Origin: an uncultured delta proteobacterium
Lineage (GTDB): Bacteria > Myxococcota > Myxococcia > Myxococcales > Anaeromyxobacteraceae
DNA length: 64,000 nt
Assembly (NCBI GenBank): GCA_963845515.1
Contig: CAWJSR010000029.1
Coordinates: forward strand, 192,001 to 256,000
Reading direction: 5' to 3'
A model generated the notes under the pieces. It was not told the origin of the DNA, did no database searches, and was given only the letters and a program-made list of their open reading frames with translations. The position numbers and the translations under genes are program-made. How positions within the stretch are numbered: position 1 is the stretch's first letter; the number at the start of each line of letters is the position of its first letter. Below, piece after piece: positions 9,487-20,078 of this stretch.

Positions 9487-10393
9487 ATGGAGTGGCTCAA
9501 CTATCACCACCTGCTCTACTTCTGGACCGTCGCGAAGGAGGGCGGGCTCGTCCCCGCCGGGAAGGTCCTGCGGCTCTCCCACCCGACGCTCAGCGCCCAG
9601 ATCCACGCGCTCGAGGACCGCCTTGGGGAGAAGCTCTTCACCAGGTCCGGCCGCAAGCTGGCGCTCACCGAGATGGGGCGGGTGGTGTTCCGCTACGCCG
9701 ACGAGATCTTCACCCTCGGGCGCGAGATGGTGGACGCGGTCAAGGACCGCGCGACCGGACAGCCGCTCCGCCTGGACGTGGGCGTCCTGGACGTCGTTCC
9801 AAAGCTCGTGGTCCGCCGCATCCTCGCAGCCAGCGCTGGCCCTGCCCGAGCAGGTTCGGCTCGTCTGCCGCGAGGGCTCCTACGAGCGGCTGCTCGCCGA
9901 GCTCTCGGACCACTCCCTCGACATCGTCATCTCGGACGCGCCGGTCCCCACCGGGAGCAGCGTCCGGGCCTTCAGCCACCTGCTGGGCGAGACGGGGATC
10001 AGCTTCTTCGGCACGAAGCGGTTGGCCGAGGCGCACGGCGAGGACTTCCCGCGCTCACTTCACGGCGCCGCCATGCTCCTGCCGCTCGAGCACCTGACCT
10101 TGCGGCGCTCCCTGAATCAGTGGTTCGCGCGGAACGGCATCCGGCCGCGCGTGGTCGCGGAGTTCGAGGACAGCGCGCTCCTCAAGGAGTTCGGCGCGGA
10201 TGGGGCCGGCATCTTCGCGGCCCCCACGGTCGTCGAGCGGGAGGTGGCCGCGCAGTACGGCGTCCGGTTGCTGGGGCGGGTCGACGAGGTCCGGGAGCGC
10301 TTCTACGCCATCTCCGTCGAGCGGCGGCTGAAGCACCCGGCCGTCGTCGCCATCTCGGACGCCGCGCGCCAGGCGCTCTTCGCGCCTCACTGA
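9487..10393 (+). CDS. nhaR: LysR-family transcriptional activator NhaR-like (frameshift near 9830)
   Basis: MEWLNYHHLLYFWTVAKEGG N-terminus; EFEDSALLKEFG and FYAISVERRLKHPAV in the second frame. Confidence 0.85.
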
Positions 10394-10408
10394 GGGAGGG
10401 TCACGCCT

Positions 10409-11167
10409 CTACTCCACGCCGCAAGCACCGGCGCAACCGCAGTCCTCGCCCCGCCAGGCCCCCCGCCCCTCGCTCACCAGGAACCAGGTCATGCCGAGCG
10501 CGGCCACCGGGTCCGCCCACCACCAGCCGAACAGCGCGTTGAGGCCGATCCCCACGAGCGTGATGAGCGAGAGCCACCAGCAGGCCGTGGTCTGGAAGGA
10601 GTCGGCTTCGAGCGCCCGGCTCCCGAGTGCGGCCGCGGTCCGGCGCTTCGCCCTCGCGAGCCACCACATCGCCACCAGGGAGAGCGAGGTGATGGCGATG
10701 CCGGCTCCGGTCGCCTCCGGACGCTCGCCCGTGACGAGCGCCCTGGCCGCGTCGAACGCGACCCATGCCGCGAGCACGAAGAGCGAGAGCGCCACCAGCT
10801 TGTGGGCTCGCTGGTCGAGCCGCTCGATCTCCTCTGGGTCGCGCGCCAGCCGCTCGGCACGCAGCCGCCAGATCAGGATGAGCCCGGAGGTCGTCTCCAC
10901 GAAGCTGTCGATGCCGAAGCCGAGCAGGGCGACGCTGCCAGCTGCCAGCGCCGCGGCCACCGAGACGACCCCCTCGACGACGTTCCATCCGACGGTGAGG
11001 TACTCGAGCCGAAGGCCTCGCTGGAGGTGGTCGGACCTGGCCGGCGGAGGTGTCACCGGCTCCGCCCGCGCGACCTTCGCACCCCCGCAAGGCGCGCCAC
11101 CAGCGCCCCCGCAGGAACACGGCTCCGTGATGGGCTTCACCGCCAGGATCGGACGTGTCGAGGTCAT
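10409..11167 (-). CDS. Cation diffusion facilitator family transporter (TM domain only, Cys-rich termini)
   Basis: LEYLTVGWNVVEG, SVALLGFGIDSFVE, LEADSFQT, WWWADPVAAL motifs. Confidence 0.82.
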   Translation of the reverse strand: MTSTRPILAVKPITEPCSCGGAGGAPCGGAKVARAEPVTPPPARSDHLQRGLRLEYLTVGWNVVEGVVSVAAALAAGSVALLGFGIDSFVETTSGLILIWRLRAERLARDPEEIERLDQRAHKLVALSLFVLAAWVAFDAARALVTGERPEATGAGIAITSLSLVAMWWLARAKRRTAAALGSRALEADSFQTTACWWLSLITLVGIGLNALFGWWWADPVAALGMTWFLVSEGRGAWRGEDCGCAGACGVE

Positions 11168-11232
11168 TGGTCACACGCACATACCCCGCAACGCCGCCCC
11201 CCTCCAGCCCTCGTTTGCGGTAATTCATCTGC

Positions 11233-12447
11233 GTGCCCGCACCGTCAGCACCCAGGCCTTCCCAGGCATCTCCGCGAGCGCGGCTCCCCGCGACCGTAGT
11301 CGGCCTCGGCTTCGTCAGCCTCTTCACCGATCTCTCGAGCGAGGCCATCTTCCCGCTGCTGCCGGCCTTCCTCGCGACGCTGGGCGCCTCCAACACCTTC
11401 ATCGGGCTGGTCGAGGGGGCCGCCGACCTGGTCGCCAACGTTCTCAAGTACCTGACGGGGATCGTCGCCGACCGGCGCGCCCGGCTGAAGCCGCTCGTCC
11501 TCGCCGGGTACACCGTCTCGACCGTCGCCCGCCCCCTCGTCGCGTTCGCCCTCGCGCCCTGGCACGTCCTCGCGGTGCGCGTGGCCGACCGGGTGGGCAA
11601 GGGGGTTCGCACGAGCCCCCGCGACGCCCTCATCGCCCATGCCACGGATCCCGCCATCCGCGGCAGGGCCTACGGCTTCCACCGCGCGATGGATCACGCC
11701 GGCGCGGCGTTGGGGACCGTCTTCGCGATCGTCGTGCTCTGGCTGCTGGGCGCGAACGGCGCCCGGGCCGCCACCGCCGACCAGCTGCGCACGGTGTTCC
11801 TGTGGGCGGCGGTTCCCGGCGCGTTCGCGATGATCGCCCTCGCGTTCACCAGGGAGCCGGCGCTGCCAGCGCCCTCCCCCGCCCCGCCGCCAGGCTCGAA
11901 CGGACTGCCGCCTGCGCTGCGGAGGGCGCTGTTCCCGATCACGCTCTTTGCGCTCTCGAACGCCACCGACGCCTTCATCCTCGTCAAGGCGGCGCGCCTC
12001 GGCGCGCCAGCAGTGGCCGCCCCCCTCCTCTGGCTGGCCCTGCACGTGATCAAGGCTGGGACCGCCACCGCCGGCGGCCGCCTGGCCGATCGGTACGGGA
12101 AGCGCGACGCCCTGGCGCTCGGCTGGTCGGTCTATGCCGTGACGTGGGCCGCGATCGGCTTCGCCGGGACCGTTCCGCTCCTCTTCGTCCTCTCCGCGCT
12201 CTACGGGATCACCCACGGGCTCGTCGAGGGGCCGGAGAAGGCGCTGATCGCCGACCTCGCCCGCGGCGACGGCAGGGGGAAGGCCTTCGGCGCCTACAAC
12301 ATGGCGATCGGCCTCGCGGCGCTCGCTGCAAGCACCGCCTTCGGCTTCGCCTGGGACCGCTTCGGCAGCGCCGCTGCCTTCGCCGGCTCAGGCGCCGTCG
12401 CGCTCGTCGCCGCCGGCGTGCTGCTCGCGGTCGTGCCCAGGAGCTGA
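11233..12447 (+). CDS. MFS transporter
   Basis: About 12 hydrophobic segments; VSLFTDLSSE, DRVGKGVRTSPRDALI, GRLADRYGKR motifs. Confidence 0.9.
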   Translation: MPAPSAPRPSQASPRARLPATVVGLGFVSLFTDLSSEAIFPLLPAFLATLGASNTFIGLVEGAADLVANVLKYLTGIVADRRARLKPLVLAGYTVSTVARPLVAFALAPWHVLAVRVADRVGKGVRTSPRDALIAHATDPAIRGRAYGFHRAMDHAGAALGTVFAIVVLWLLGANGARAATADQLRTVFLWAAVPGAFAMIALAFTREPALPAPSPAPPPGSNGLPPALRRALFPITLFALSNATDAFILVKAARLGAPAVAAPLLWLALHVIKAGTATAGGRLADRYGKRDALALGWSVYAVTWAAIGFAGTVPLLFVLSALYGITHGLVEGPEKALIADLARGDGRGKAFGAYNMAIGLAALAASTAFGFAWDRFGSAAAFAGSGAVALVAAGVLLAVVPRS

Positions 12448-12493
12448 GCGCGAAGGTGCCCGTCGCCGGGCTCGGGCGCGGAGCATGACTCGG

Positions 12494-12937
12494 TCACTCG
12501 TACGCGCCGACGATCTCCTCGGGCATCCGGCCCCGGTCGCGGCCGTACGGATCGCCCTCGATCGACTCGGAGTGTTGCGCGCAGGCCCATCGCCCGTCCC
12601 GCCGGACCCAGGTCGAGGTCTCTGCTGCTTCGATGGAGATCGGCTGCCCCTCGACCGTCAGCTCCTCGTGGACCTCGTAAGCGAGGACTGCGACGTCGTC
12701 CCCCAGCTTCCTCATCTTGGCCCCGTCCTTGAATGCGAACTTCTGCAGCTTCCAGGTGGCGGCCTTGAACATCGCTGCAATCGCCTCCTTGTCGATGCTC
12801 CCGACGCCCTGCGGGCCGGAGACTATGCAGGTGTCGTCGGTCAGGCGAATCGCCGCCTCCGCGTCGCCATCCTTCATGGCCTGCCAGTACTGCCGCTCCA
12901 GCTCCAAAAGCTCCTTCTCGGTGATCGCGGTCGCCAT
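12494..12937 (-). CDS. NTF2-like/DUF4440 (SnoaL-like) protein
   Basis: ELLELERQYWQAM...D start and STWVRRDGRWACAQHSES end; GGAGG RBS. Confidence 0.8.
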   Translation of the reverse strand: MATAITEKELLELERQYWQAMKDGDAEAAIRLTDDTCIVSGPQGVGSIDKEAIAAMFKAATWKLQKFAFKDGAKMRKLGDDVAVLAYEVHEELTVEGQPISIEAAETSTWVRRDGRWACAQHSESIEGDPYGRDRGRMPEEIVGAYE

Positions 12938-13117
12938 GGGTTCCTCCGTCCTGCGCCGAGGCCCCGGCAGATCCGGGCGCCCGCGGAATCGTGTGGCGCG
13001 GACAGGGCTGGACTACCGCCGGGCGCACGCCTTCGCCACCCGAGGTCGTGCGCTCGAAGGGGGCGCAACCATCCCTTTCCCCCCGCCCGGTCACCTGGCT
13101 CGATGCGAGGAATCCAT

Positions 13118-15925
13118 TCAACGGTAGCGGGCCGCGTCCAGCGCCTCACTCCGCGCGCGTGACGCGGCGCGCGAGCGCCGGCGCGTTCCGACCTTCACCA
13201 GCTCGTCCACTGCGAGGAGGCAGAGCGGCCCCAGGAGGAGGAGCGGCCACGCGAGCGGGGCCAGCGGCGCGGTGTCGAAGAGCCGCTGTAGCGGCGGGAT
13301 GAACACCACGGCGGCGAGGAGCACCACCTCCACCGCCAGCCCATGGAAGAGCAGCCGATTCCGCGGCGGCATCGAGAAGGCCGAGAGCCGCTCGGATCGG
13401 CACGCGAAGAGGTTTCCCATCTGGCAGACGACGATGGCGGCGAGCGCCGCGGTGGTCGCTTCGCGCTGGATCGCGGCGACGGCTGGCGCCGCGGCGTGCG
13501 CGAGGACCAGCGGGGCCACGGCGCGAAGCTCGGCGAGCCCGGTCCCGTGCCACCACCAGACCGCGAGGTAGGCGGCCATGCACGCGGCCGCCTGGGCCAG
13601 CCCCAGCCTGAGGTAGGCCCGTTGGAGGAGGCGGCGATCCAGGAGCGTCGAGTCGCGAGGGCGCGGGGCCCGCCTCATGAGCCCCGCCTCGGGCGGCTCG
13701 CCGCCTAGTGCCAGCGCGGGGACCATGTCGGTGCCGAGATCCACGGCCAGGATCTGCAGGATCGTCAGCGCGGGCGGGATCCGGAGCACCGCCATCGCCA
13801 GGAAGGGGATCAGCTCGGGCACGTTGGAGGTCAGGATGTAGGTGAGGAACTTCCTGACGTTCCGGAAGAGCGCGCGCCCCTCCTCGATCGCCGAGACGAT
13901 GGAGCCGAAGTCGTCGTCCAGCAGCACGACGTCGGAGGCCTCGCGCGCGACGTCGGTGCCCGACGCCCCCATCGCGATCCCGACGTTGGCCGCCCGGAGT
14001 GCGGGAGCGTCGTTCACTCCGTCGCCCGTCACGGCCACGACCTCGCCAAGCGACTGGTATGCACGCACCAGCCTCAGCTTCTGCGACGGGACCACGCGGG
14101 CGAAGACCTGCGCCCGCTCGCTCCGGAGCAGCTGGCGGAGCCCCTCCTCCGAGAGGGCCTCGAGCTCGCCGCCCGTGAAGGCGCGCCCTTCCTCTCCCAC
14201 GAGCCCCGTCTCGCGCGCGATGGCGAGCGCGGTCACCGGCCCATCCCCCGTCACCATCGTCACGCGAACGCCGGCCTCGCGGCAGGCGCGGATCGCCGCT
14301 GCGACCCCGGCCCGCGGCGGGTCGCGGATCGCGACGAGGCCGAGCAGGGTCAGCTCGCGCTCCAACGCCGCGTCATCCGTCCCGGGGGGCGCAGCGCGGA
14401 ATGCGACCGCGACCACCCGCTCGCCCCCAGCCGCGAGCAGATCGGCCTGCGCCAGGACCCTCTCGCGATCGGGCGCGACGAGCGGAGCGATCCCTCCCTC
14501 GGAGAGGAGGAGAGCGCACCTCGCGAGCACCTCGCTCGGAGCACCCTTCACCAGCGCTACCCGCGAGTCGTCACCGGCGGCCCCGACGAGCGCGATGGGC
14601 TCACCCCAGCGAACCACCACCGTCATGAACCTGCGCACCGCGTCGAAGGGGAGCTCGTGCAGACGCGGCGAGCGGCGGACCGACTCCGCGGGATCCAGTC
14701 CTGCCCGGCCGACCGCGGCCAGGAGCGCCGCCTCCATCGGGTCGCGCGCTACCGCTCGCTCCTCGCCCGCGCCCGCCTGCAGCGCGGCCTCGGTGCAGAG
14801 GGCGCCGGCGACCAGGAGCCGCTGGACGCTCGGTGAGGCCTCGCCCTGCGCCCCCAGCGGCGCCTCGCGCCATGGCACCCACGCCGCCCGGACGGTCATG
14901 CGGTTCTCGGTGAGCGTCCCCGTCTTGTCGGTGCAGACGACGGAGACCGCCGAGAGCGTCTCTATCGCCGGGAGCCTCCTGACCAGCACCCGCCTCCGGG
15001 CCATGCGCTGGACGCCGAGCGCGAGCGCGAGCGTCACCGTCGGGAGGAGCCCCTCCGGCACGTTGGCCACGATGATGCCGATCCCGAAGAGGAAGGACTC
15101 GGCGAAGGGGAGGCCGAGCAGCTTCCTCGCGAGGACGAAGACGGCCAGCCCCATCCCGACCGCCAACGCCGTGACTACTCGAACCAGCCTGGCGACCTCC
15201 ACCGAGAGCGTCGAGGGCTCCCGGACCACGCCGGCGACGAGGCGAGCCACCTCGCCCAGCGCCGTCCCAGCGCCCGTGGCGAAGACGACCGCGCGGCCGC
15301 GTCCGCCGACCACGTTCGCGCCTGCGAGCGCCACGGAGGCAGCCTCGTGCGCCAGGGAGCAGAGCGGCTCCGCCGCGGCGGGACCGCGCTCGACCGGAAG
15401 CGACTCGCCTGTGACGAGGGACTGGTCGAGCTCCAGGCGATCCGCAGAGAGGAGCCGGACGTCCGCCGGGACCCGGTCCCCGGTCGCAAGCTCCACCACG
15501 TCGCCCGGGACGAGGCTCGCCGCGGGGACGACGGTGAGCCGGCCAGCACGCCAGACCCGGACGTCGTGCGGCAGCCGACGCCGGAGCGACACGAGCGCCC
15601 GCTCCGCGCGGACCTCCTGCGAGAAGGAGAAGAGCCCGTTGATGACGACCACGCCCCAGATCGCCCAGCCGAGCTGCGGCATGCCAGCGGCGAACGCCAG
15701 CCCGCCCGCTGCCCAGAGCAGGATCGCCATGAAGTGAACGAACTGCGCGGCGAGCTGCCTGGCGATCCCTGCGACCTTCGCCTCGGGGAGCAGGTTCGGG
15801 CCCACCGCGCGGCGCCTGGCGGCCGCCTCGGCCGTCGACAGCCCCTCCGGACGGGAGCCCAGCTCAGCGAAGAGCGACTCGATCGGGACGCCCCATGGAC
15901 GCTTCGTCGTGCTCATCACCATCAC
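13118..15925 (-). CDS. Cation-transporting P-type ATPase, type IIC (Na+/K+-ATPase-like)
   Basis: TGES, DKTGTLT, KGAP, DPPR, GDGVNDAP. TM motifs GIIVANVPEGLL, YILTSNVPE, DLGTDMVPA. The GTG start overlaps the subunit D stop (GTGA). Confidence 0.92.
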   Translation of the reverse strand: MMVMSTTKRPWGVPIESLFAELGSRPEGLSTAEAAARRRAVGPNLLPEAKVAGIARQLAAQFVHFMAILLWAAGGLAFAAGMPQLGWAIWGVVVINGLFSFSQEVRAERALVSLRRRLPHDVRVWRAGRLTVVPAASLVPGDVVELATGDRVPADVRLLSADRLELDQSLVTGESLPVERGPAAAEPLCSLAHEAASVALAGANVVGGRGRAVVFATGAGTALGEVARLVAGVVREPSTLSVEVARLVRVVTALAVGMGLAVFVLARKLLGLPFAESFLFGIGIIVANVPEGLLPTVTLALALGVQRMARRRVLVRRLPAIETLSAVSVVCTDKTGTLTENRMTVRAAWVPWREAPLGAQGEASPSVQRLLVAGALCTEAALQAGAGEERAVARDPMEAALLAAVGRAGLDPAESVRRSPRLHELPFDAVRRFMTVVVRWGEPIALVGAAGDDSRVALVKGAPSEVLARCALLLSEGGIAPLVAPDRERVLAQADLLAAGGERVVAVAFRAAPPGTDDAALERELTLLGLVAIRDPPRAGVAAAIRACREAGVRVTMVTGDGPVTALAIARETGLVGEEGRAFTGGELEALSEEGLRQLLRSERAQVFARVVPSQKLRLVRAYQSLGEVVAVTGDGVNDAPALRAANVGIAMGASGTDVAREASDVVLLDDDFGSIVSAIEEGRALFRNVRKFLTYILTSNVPELIPFLAMAVLRIPPALTILQILAVDLGTDMVPALALGGEPPEAGLMRRAPRPRDSTLLDRRLLQRAYLRLGLAQAAACMAAYLAVWWWHGTGLAELRAVAPLVLAHAAAPAVAAIQREATTAALAAIVVCQMGNLFACRSERLSAFSMPPRNRLLFHGLAVEVVLLAAVVFIPPLQRLFDTAPLAPLAWPLLLLGPLCLLAVDELVKVGTRRRSRAASRARSEALDAARYR

Positions 15926-16548
15926 CGCCTGGGGTGCTTCGATCTGAACCGCTTCAGCCGGACCGCGTCTTCGCGGTCGCGCTCCTCGAGCGCCCCCTCG
16001 ATCCGGGCCGCCTCCCCGGCGAGCACGGGCAGGAGGAGCTGCTCCAGCGCGTTGATGCGGCGGGAGGTGGCCTGGATCTCCTCCCCGAGCCGTACGAGGT
16101 GCAGCTCGCGGGACGCGATCCGGAGCAGGACCTCCAGCCCCTCCTCGTGCAGCCGGGCCGCCTCGACCGCGGTGGCGCCCCAGCCGGTCGGCGAGGTCCC
16201 ACGCCCGTCAGCCGGGCGCTGCAGCAGCGGCGCGGAGACCGTGGGCGTCGGGACGCCCCACACGCGTCGCACCTCGACGTGGAGCGGGATCTCGCGTCCC
16301 GCGGCGGTCGCGAGCGACTCCAGCGCGTCGTCACCGTCGAGCGCCCGGGCCAGCCCGAGCTCCTTGACCGCCTCCCGAAGCACCGCGTCGAGCCGCGCGC
16401 GTCCCTCGAGGACGTCGCGCACCATCCGGAAGAGCTCCCCTGCGAGCACCTCCCGCTTGGCGCGCAGCAGCCGCGCGCCCTTCGCGGCGACCTCATGGCG
16501 GGCCCGGACCTCCAGCAGCCCCATGCGCGTCGTGGGCGAGCGGGCCAT
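15922..16548 (-). CDS. ntpD: V/A-type ATP synthase subunit D
   Basis: PTTRMGL...LLRAKREVL and EIQATSRRINALE...LEERDRED motifs; position in operon. Confidence 0.92.
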   Translation of the reverse strand: MARSPTTRMGLLEVRARHEVAAKGARLLRAKREVLAGELFRMVRDVLEGRARLDAVLREAVKELGLARALDGDDALESLATAAGREIPLHVEVRRVWGVPTPTVSAPLLQRPADGRGTSPTGWGATAVEAARLHEEGLEVLLRIASRELHLVRLGEEIQATSRRINALEQLLLPVLAGEAARIEGALEERDREDAVRLKRFRSKHPRR

Positions 16549-17926
16549 GCGTCACCTCCTTTACGGGCCGGGCCTCCAGCAGCGCCGGCGGGATGCGGGT
16601 GAGCGCCTGGAACGGGAACGGCGCGAAGAGCCTCCAACCGACCTCCAGCGTCTCCTCGATCGAGCGGAAGGCGTTGCCCTGCCCCACCAGCTCGGCCTCG
16701 AAGCGGTCGGCGAAGTCGAGGAAGCGCCGCTCCTCCTCACCCAGGTTCGCGGCGCCGACGATGGCGGCCATGCGCCTGACGTCGCGACCTCGAGCGTAGA
16801 AGGCGTAGAGCTGGTCGGCCACGGGCCGGTGGTCCGCGCGCGTCTTCCCGGCCCCCACGCCGAGCCCCATCAGCCGCGAGAGCGATGGCAGGACGTCGAT
16901 CGGCGGGTAGATGCACCTCCGGTCCAGCTCGCGCGAGAGGACGAGCTGCCCCTCGGTGATGTAGCCGGAGAGGTCCGGGATCGGGTGGGTGAGGTCGTCG
17001 TCCGGCATCGTCAGGATGGGGATCTGCGTGACCGAGCCGGCGCGCCCCACGATGCGCCCCGCCCGCTCGTAGAGGGTCGCGAGGTCCGTGTACATGTAGC
17101 CCGGGTAGCCACGCCGCCCCGGCACCTCGTCGCGTGCCAGCGCCACCTCGCGCAGCGCCTCGCAGTAGTTGGTCACGTCGGTGAGCACCACCAGCACGTG
17201 CATCCCGTGAGTGAAGGCGAGGTGCTCGGCCAGGGTGAGCGCGCAGCGGGGCGTCATCAGCCGCTCGATGGGCGGATCGTCAGCGCGGTTCAGGAAGACG
17301 GCCGTCCGGTCCAGCACCCCAGCGGACCGGAAGGTCGAGAGGAACGCGTCGTACTCGCGAAAGGGGGAGCCCATCGCGGCGAAGACGACGGCGAAGGGTT
17401 CGCCGGTCCGGACGCGAGACTGGCAGACGATCTGGGCGGCGAGCCGCGAGGCCGGCAGGCCGGCGCAGGAGAAGATCGGGAGCTTCTGCCCGCGGACGAG
17501 CGTGTTGAGCCCGTCGATGGCCGAGATCCCGGTCTCGATGAAGTCCTCCGGCTTGGCGCGGCGGACCGCGTTGATCGCGGCGCCGTGGATCGAGAGCCGG
17601 ACCTCCGCGATCGGCGCAGGGAGGCCGTCGGCGGGGCGGCCGAGCCCGTCCAGCACGCGGCCGAGCATCTGGCGCGACACGCCCAGGGAGGCCACCTCGC
17701 CCGTCAGCTCCACCTCCGTCCTGGCCGGGGCCAGGCCGCGGGTCTCCTCGAGCACCTGCACCACCACCCGCGCCCCGGAGAGCTCGATCACCTGGCCTCG
17801 CCGCACCTCGGCGCCCGAGCGGATGACGACCACCTCCCCCAGCCGCGCATGCGCGACGCCGTCGAGGAAGAGCAGCGGCCCGGCGATGGCCCGGGCGCCG
17901 CGAATCCGCCTGGTCACGAGGTCCAT
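16493..17926 (-). CDS. ntpB: V/A-type ATP synthase subunit B
   Basis: TGISAIDGLNTLVRGQKLPIFS, PGRRGYPGYMYTDL, THPIPDLSGYITEGQ. ATG at 17926. Confidence 0.95.
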   Translation of the reverse strand: MDLVTRRIRGARAIAGPLLFLDGVAHARLGEVVVIRSGAEVRRGQVIELSGARVVVQVLEETRGLAPARTEVELTGEVASLGVSRQMLGRVLDGLGRPADGLPAPIAEVRLSIHGAAINAVRRAKPEDFIETGISAIDGLNTLVRGQKLPIFSCAGLPASRLAAQIVCQSRVRTGEPFAVVFAAMGSPFREYDAFLSTFRSAGVLDRTAVFLNRADDPPIERLMTPRCALTLAEHLAFTHGMHVLVVLTDVTNYCEALREVALARDEVPGRRGYPGYMYTDLATLYERAGRIVGRAGSVTQIPILTMPDDDLTHPIPDLSGYITEGQLVLSRELDRRCIYPPIDVLPSLSRLMGLGVGAGKTRADHRPVADQLYAFYARGRDVRRMAAIVGAANLGEEERRFLDFADRFEAELVGQGNAFRSIEETLEVGWRLFAPFPFQALTRIPPALLEARPVKEVTHGPLAHDAHGAAGGPGPP

Positions 17927-17931
17927 GCCGC

Positions 17932-19689
17932 TCACTCGGCCTCCAGCCTGGCGAGCGTCGCGGCGGCGTCTGCACGGAGCGCCGCGCACGCCTCCATCAC
18001 GGCGTCCGCCGGGACCCGGCCCAGCGCGAGGAGGCGCGCCCCGAACCCCGCGTCGAGCACCGACCTGAGCGGGACCCCGCGCCCCACGGCGGCCTTCGCG
18101 CGGGCGTGGAAGTCCAGGAAGGCGGCGAGCATCTCGCGCGCCTTGGCCGGGGAGCAGGTGGCGTCGACGGGATCGTAGGAGCTCTGGCGAAGGAACCCCT
18201 CCCGCAGCAGCCGCGCAGTCTCCATCACCAGCCGCTCGGCGTCCTGCAGCGACTCGGTCCCGACCAGCTCAGCCACCTCCACCAGCTCGCGCTCGCGCTG
18301 GAGGAGCGCCATCGCGACGCCGCGGATGGCGACGAACTCGGCGCCGACCTCCCGCTCGAACCAGCCAGCGAGCCGGTCCGCCTCCAGCGAGAAGGAGACG
18401 CTCCAGTCGATCGCCGGGTAGTGGCGACGGTGGGCGAGATCGGCCGAGAGGGCCCAGAGCGCGCCGGTCGCGCGGAGCGAGCACTGCGTCACCGGCTCGG
18501 ACAGATCGCCGCCCGGCGGCGACACCGCGCCGACCATCGTCACCGCCCCCTCCTCACCCCCGAGCGTCTCGACCCGCCCGGCGCGCTCGTAGAAGCGGGC
18601 CAGGCGCGAGGCGAGGTAGGTCGGGTACCCCTCCTCGCCCGGCATCTCCTCCAGGCGCGCCGAGATCTCGCGCAGGGCCTCCGCCCAGCGCGAGGTGGAG
18701 TCGATCATCAGGGCGACCTGGAGCCCGAGATCCCTGAAGTATTCCGCGATGGTGCAGCCAGTGACGATGGAGGCCTCCCGCGCCGCCACCGGCATGTTGG
18801 ACGTGTTCACCACCATGACGGTCCGCTCCATCAGCGGCCGGCCGGTGCGCGGATCCTCGAGCCGGGGGAACTCGTCGATCACCTCGGCCATCTCGTTGCC
18901 GCGCTCGCCGCAGCCCACGTAGACGACGACGTCGGCCGACGCGTGCCTGGCGAGCGACTGCTCGAGCACGGTCTTCCCCGTCCCGAAGCCTCCTGGGACG
19001 ATCGCGGTGCCGCCGGAGGCGACGGGGAAGAAGCAGTCGAGCACGCGCTGGCCCGTGAGGAAGGGGACGTCGGCTGGCAGCCGGCGCCGGAACGGACGGG
19101 GCTTGCGGACGGGCCACCTGTGGAGCAGCCGGATCGCTCCACCGCCGTCGAGCGTCGCCACCGCGTCGTCTGGCCCCACGGGCCCGCCGGCGAAGCCGGC
19201 CACGAACCCGGCGACGCCGGGTGGCGCGAGGACTGGCTCCGGCGCGGCGCGCGCCTGGCCGTGGGCGAGCCCCAGGCGCTGCCCAGGCCCGACCTCGTCA
19301 CCCACCTTCAGGAGCGGCTCGAAGGTCCAGCGCAGGGCGCGATCGACGGCGGGTCTGGTCTTCCCGCGCCCGAGGAAGTCCCCCTCCGCGGCGGCGAGGG
19401 CCGCGAGGGGGCGCTGGACGCCGTCGAAGATCTGGCCGAGCAGCCCCGGCCCCAGCTCCACCGCGAGCGGCTCGCCGGAGGACTCCGCTGGGTCACCGAG
19501 GGCGAGCCCCGCGGTCTCCTCGTAGACCTGCACGGTCGAGAGCCCCTCCTCGATCCGGATGATCTCCCCGAGCAGCCGCTCGGTGCCGACCCACACCACC
19601 TCGTTGAGCGCGGCGCACTCGAGGCCACGGACCATGACGGTCGGCCCCGCGATCCGGACCAGCTCACCGAGCGTGCACCCATCCGTCAC
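17932..19689 (-). CDS. ntpA: V/A-type ATP synthase subunit A (catalytic)
   Basis: P-loop [44 protein letters not shown]. Confidence 0.96.
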   Translation of the reverse strand: MTDGCTLGELVRIAGPTVMVRGLECAALNEVVWVGTERLLGEIIRIEEGLSTVQVYEETAGLALGDPAESSGEPLAVELGPGLLGQIFDGVQRPLAALAAAEGDFLGRGKTRPAVDRALRWTFEPLLKVGDEVGPGQRLGLAHGQARAAPEPVLAPPGVAGFVAGFAGGPVGPDDAVATLDGGGAIRLLHRWPVRKPRPFRRRLPADVPFLTGQRVLDCFFPVASGGTAIVPGGFGTGKTVLEQSLARHASADVVVYVGCGERGNEMAEVIDEFPRLEDPRTGRPLMERTVMVVNTSNMPVAAREASIVTGCTIAEYFRDLGLQVALMIDSTSRWAEALREISARLEEMPGEEGYPTYLASRLARFYERAGRVETLGGEEGAVTMVGAVSPPGGDLSEPVTQCSLRATGALWALSADLAHRRHYPAIDWSVSFSLEADRLAGWFEREVGAEFVAIRGVAMALLQRERELVEVAELVGTESLQDAERLVMETARLLREGFLRQSSYDPVDATCSPAKAREMLAAFLDFHARAKAAVGRGVPLRSVLDAGFGARLLALGRVPADAVMEACAALRADAAATLARLEAE

Positions 19690-20072
19690 GGCCCACCTCC
19701 GCCGCCAGGGCCGGCGAGCCGGATCGCGTAGCCGATGGCGCGCCGGATCAGGGCAGCGACGTAGTCGCGCCCCCGTCCCTCCTCCCCGAAGGTGCGCGGC
19801 AGCGCAAACGGGAGGATCACGGGGACGCCGCGCTCACGGGCCCGCCGCAGCAGCCGCGGCGCGACGTGCGAGAGGAGCTCCTCCTCCACGGCGAGGACTC
19901 CCAGCGCCGGGTCGGCGAGCAGCCCGCGGAGAGTCGAGACCTCCTCGCCGGGCGCGGCGACCGTCACCTGGGCGCCGGCCAGCTGGAAGCCGCGCGCGTC
20001 GTCGGGGCGGACGAGGACCGCCAGCCGCAGCGCGCCCGGGGCCCCCGTCACGGTGGTGCTCGCGCGCGCCAT
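19686..20072 (-). CDS. ntpF: V/A-type ATP synthase subunit F
   Basis: GFQLAG and LIRRAIG motifs, size, position between C and A. Confidence 0.85.
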   Translation of the reverse strand: MARASTTVTGAPGALRLAVLVRPDDARGFQLAGAQVTVAAPGEEVSTLRGLLADPALGVLAVEEELLSHVAPRLLRRARERGVPVILPFALPRTFGEEGRGRDYVAALIRRAIGYAIRLAGPGGGGGP

Positions 20073-20078
20073 GGCCAC

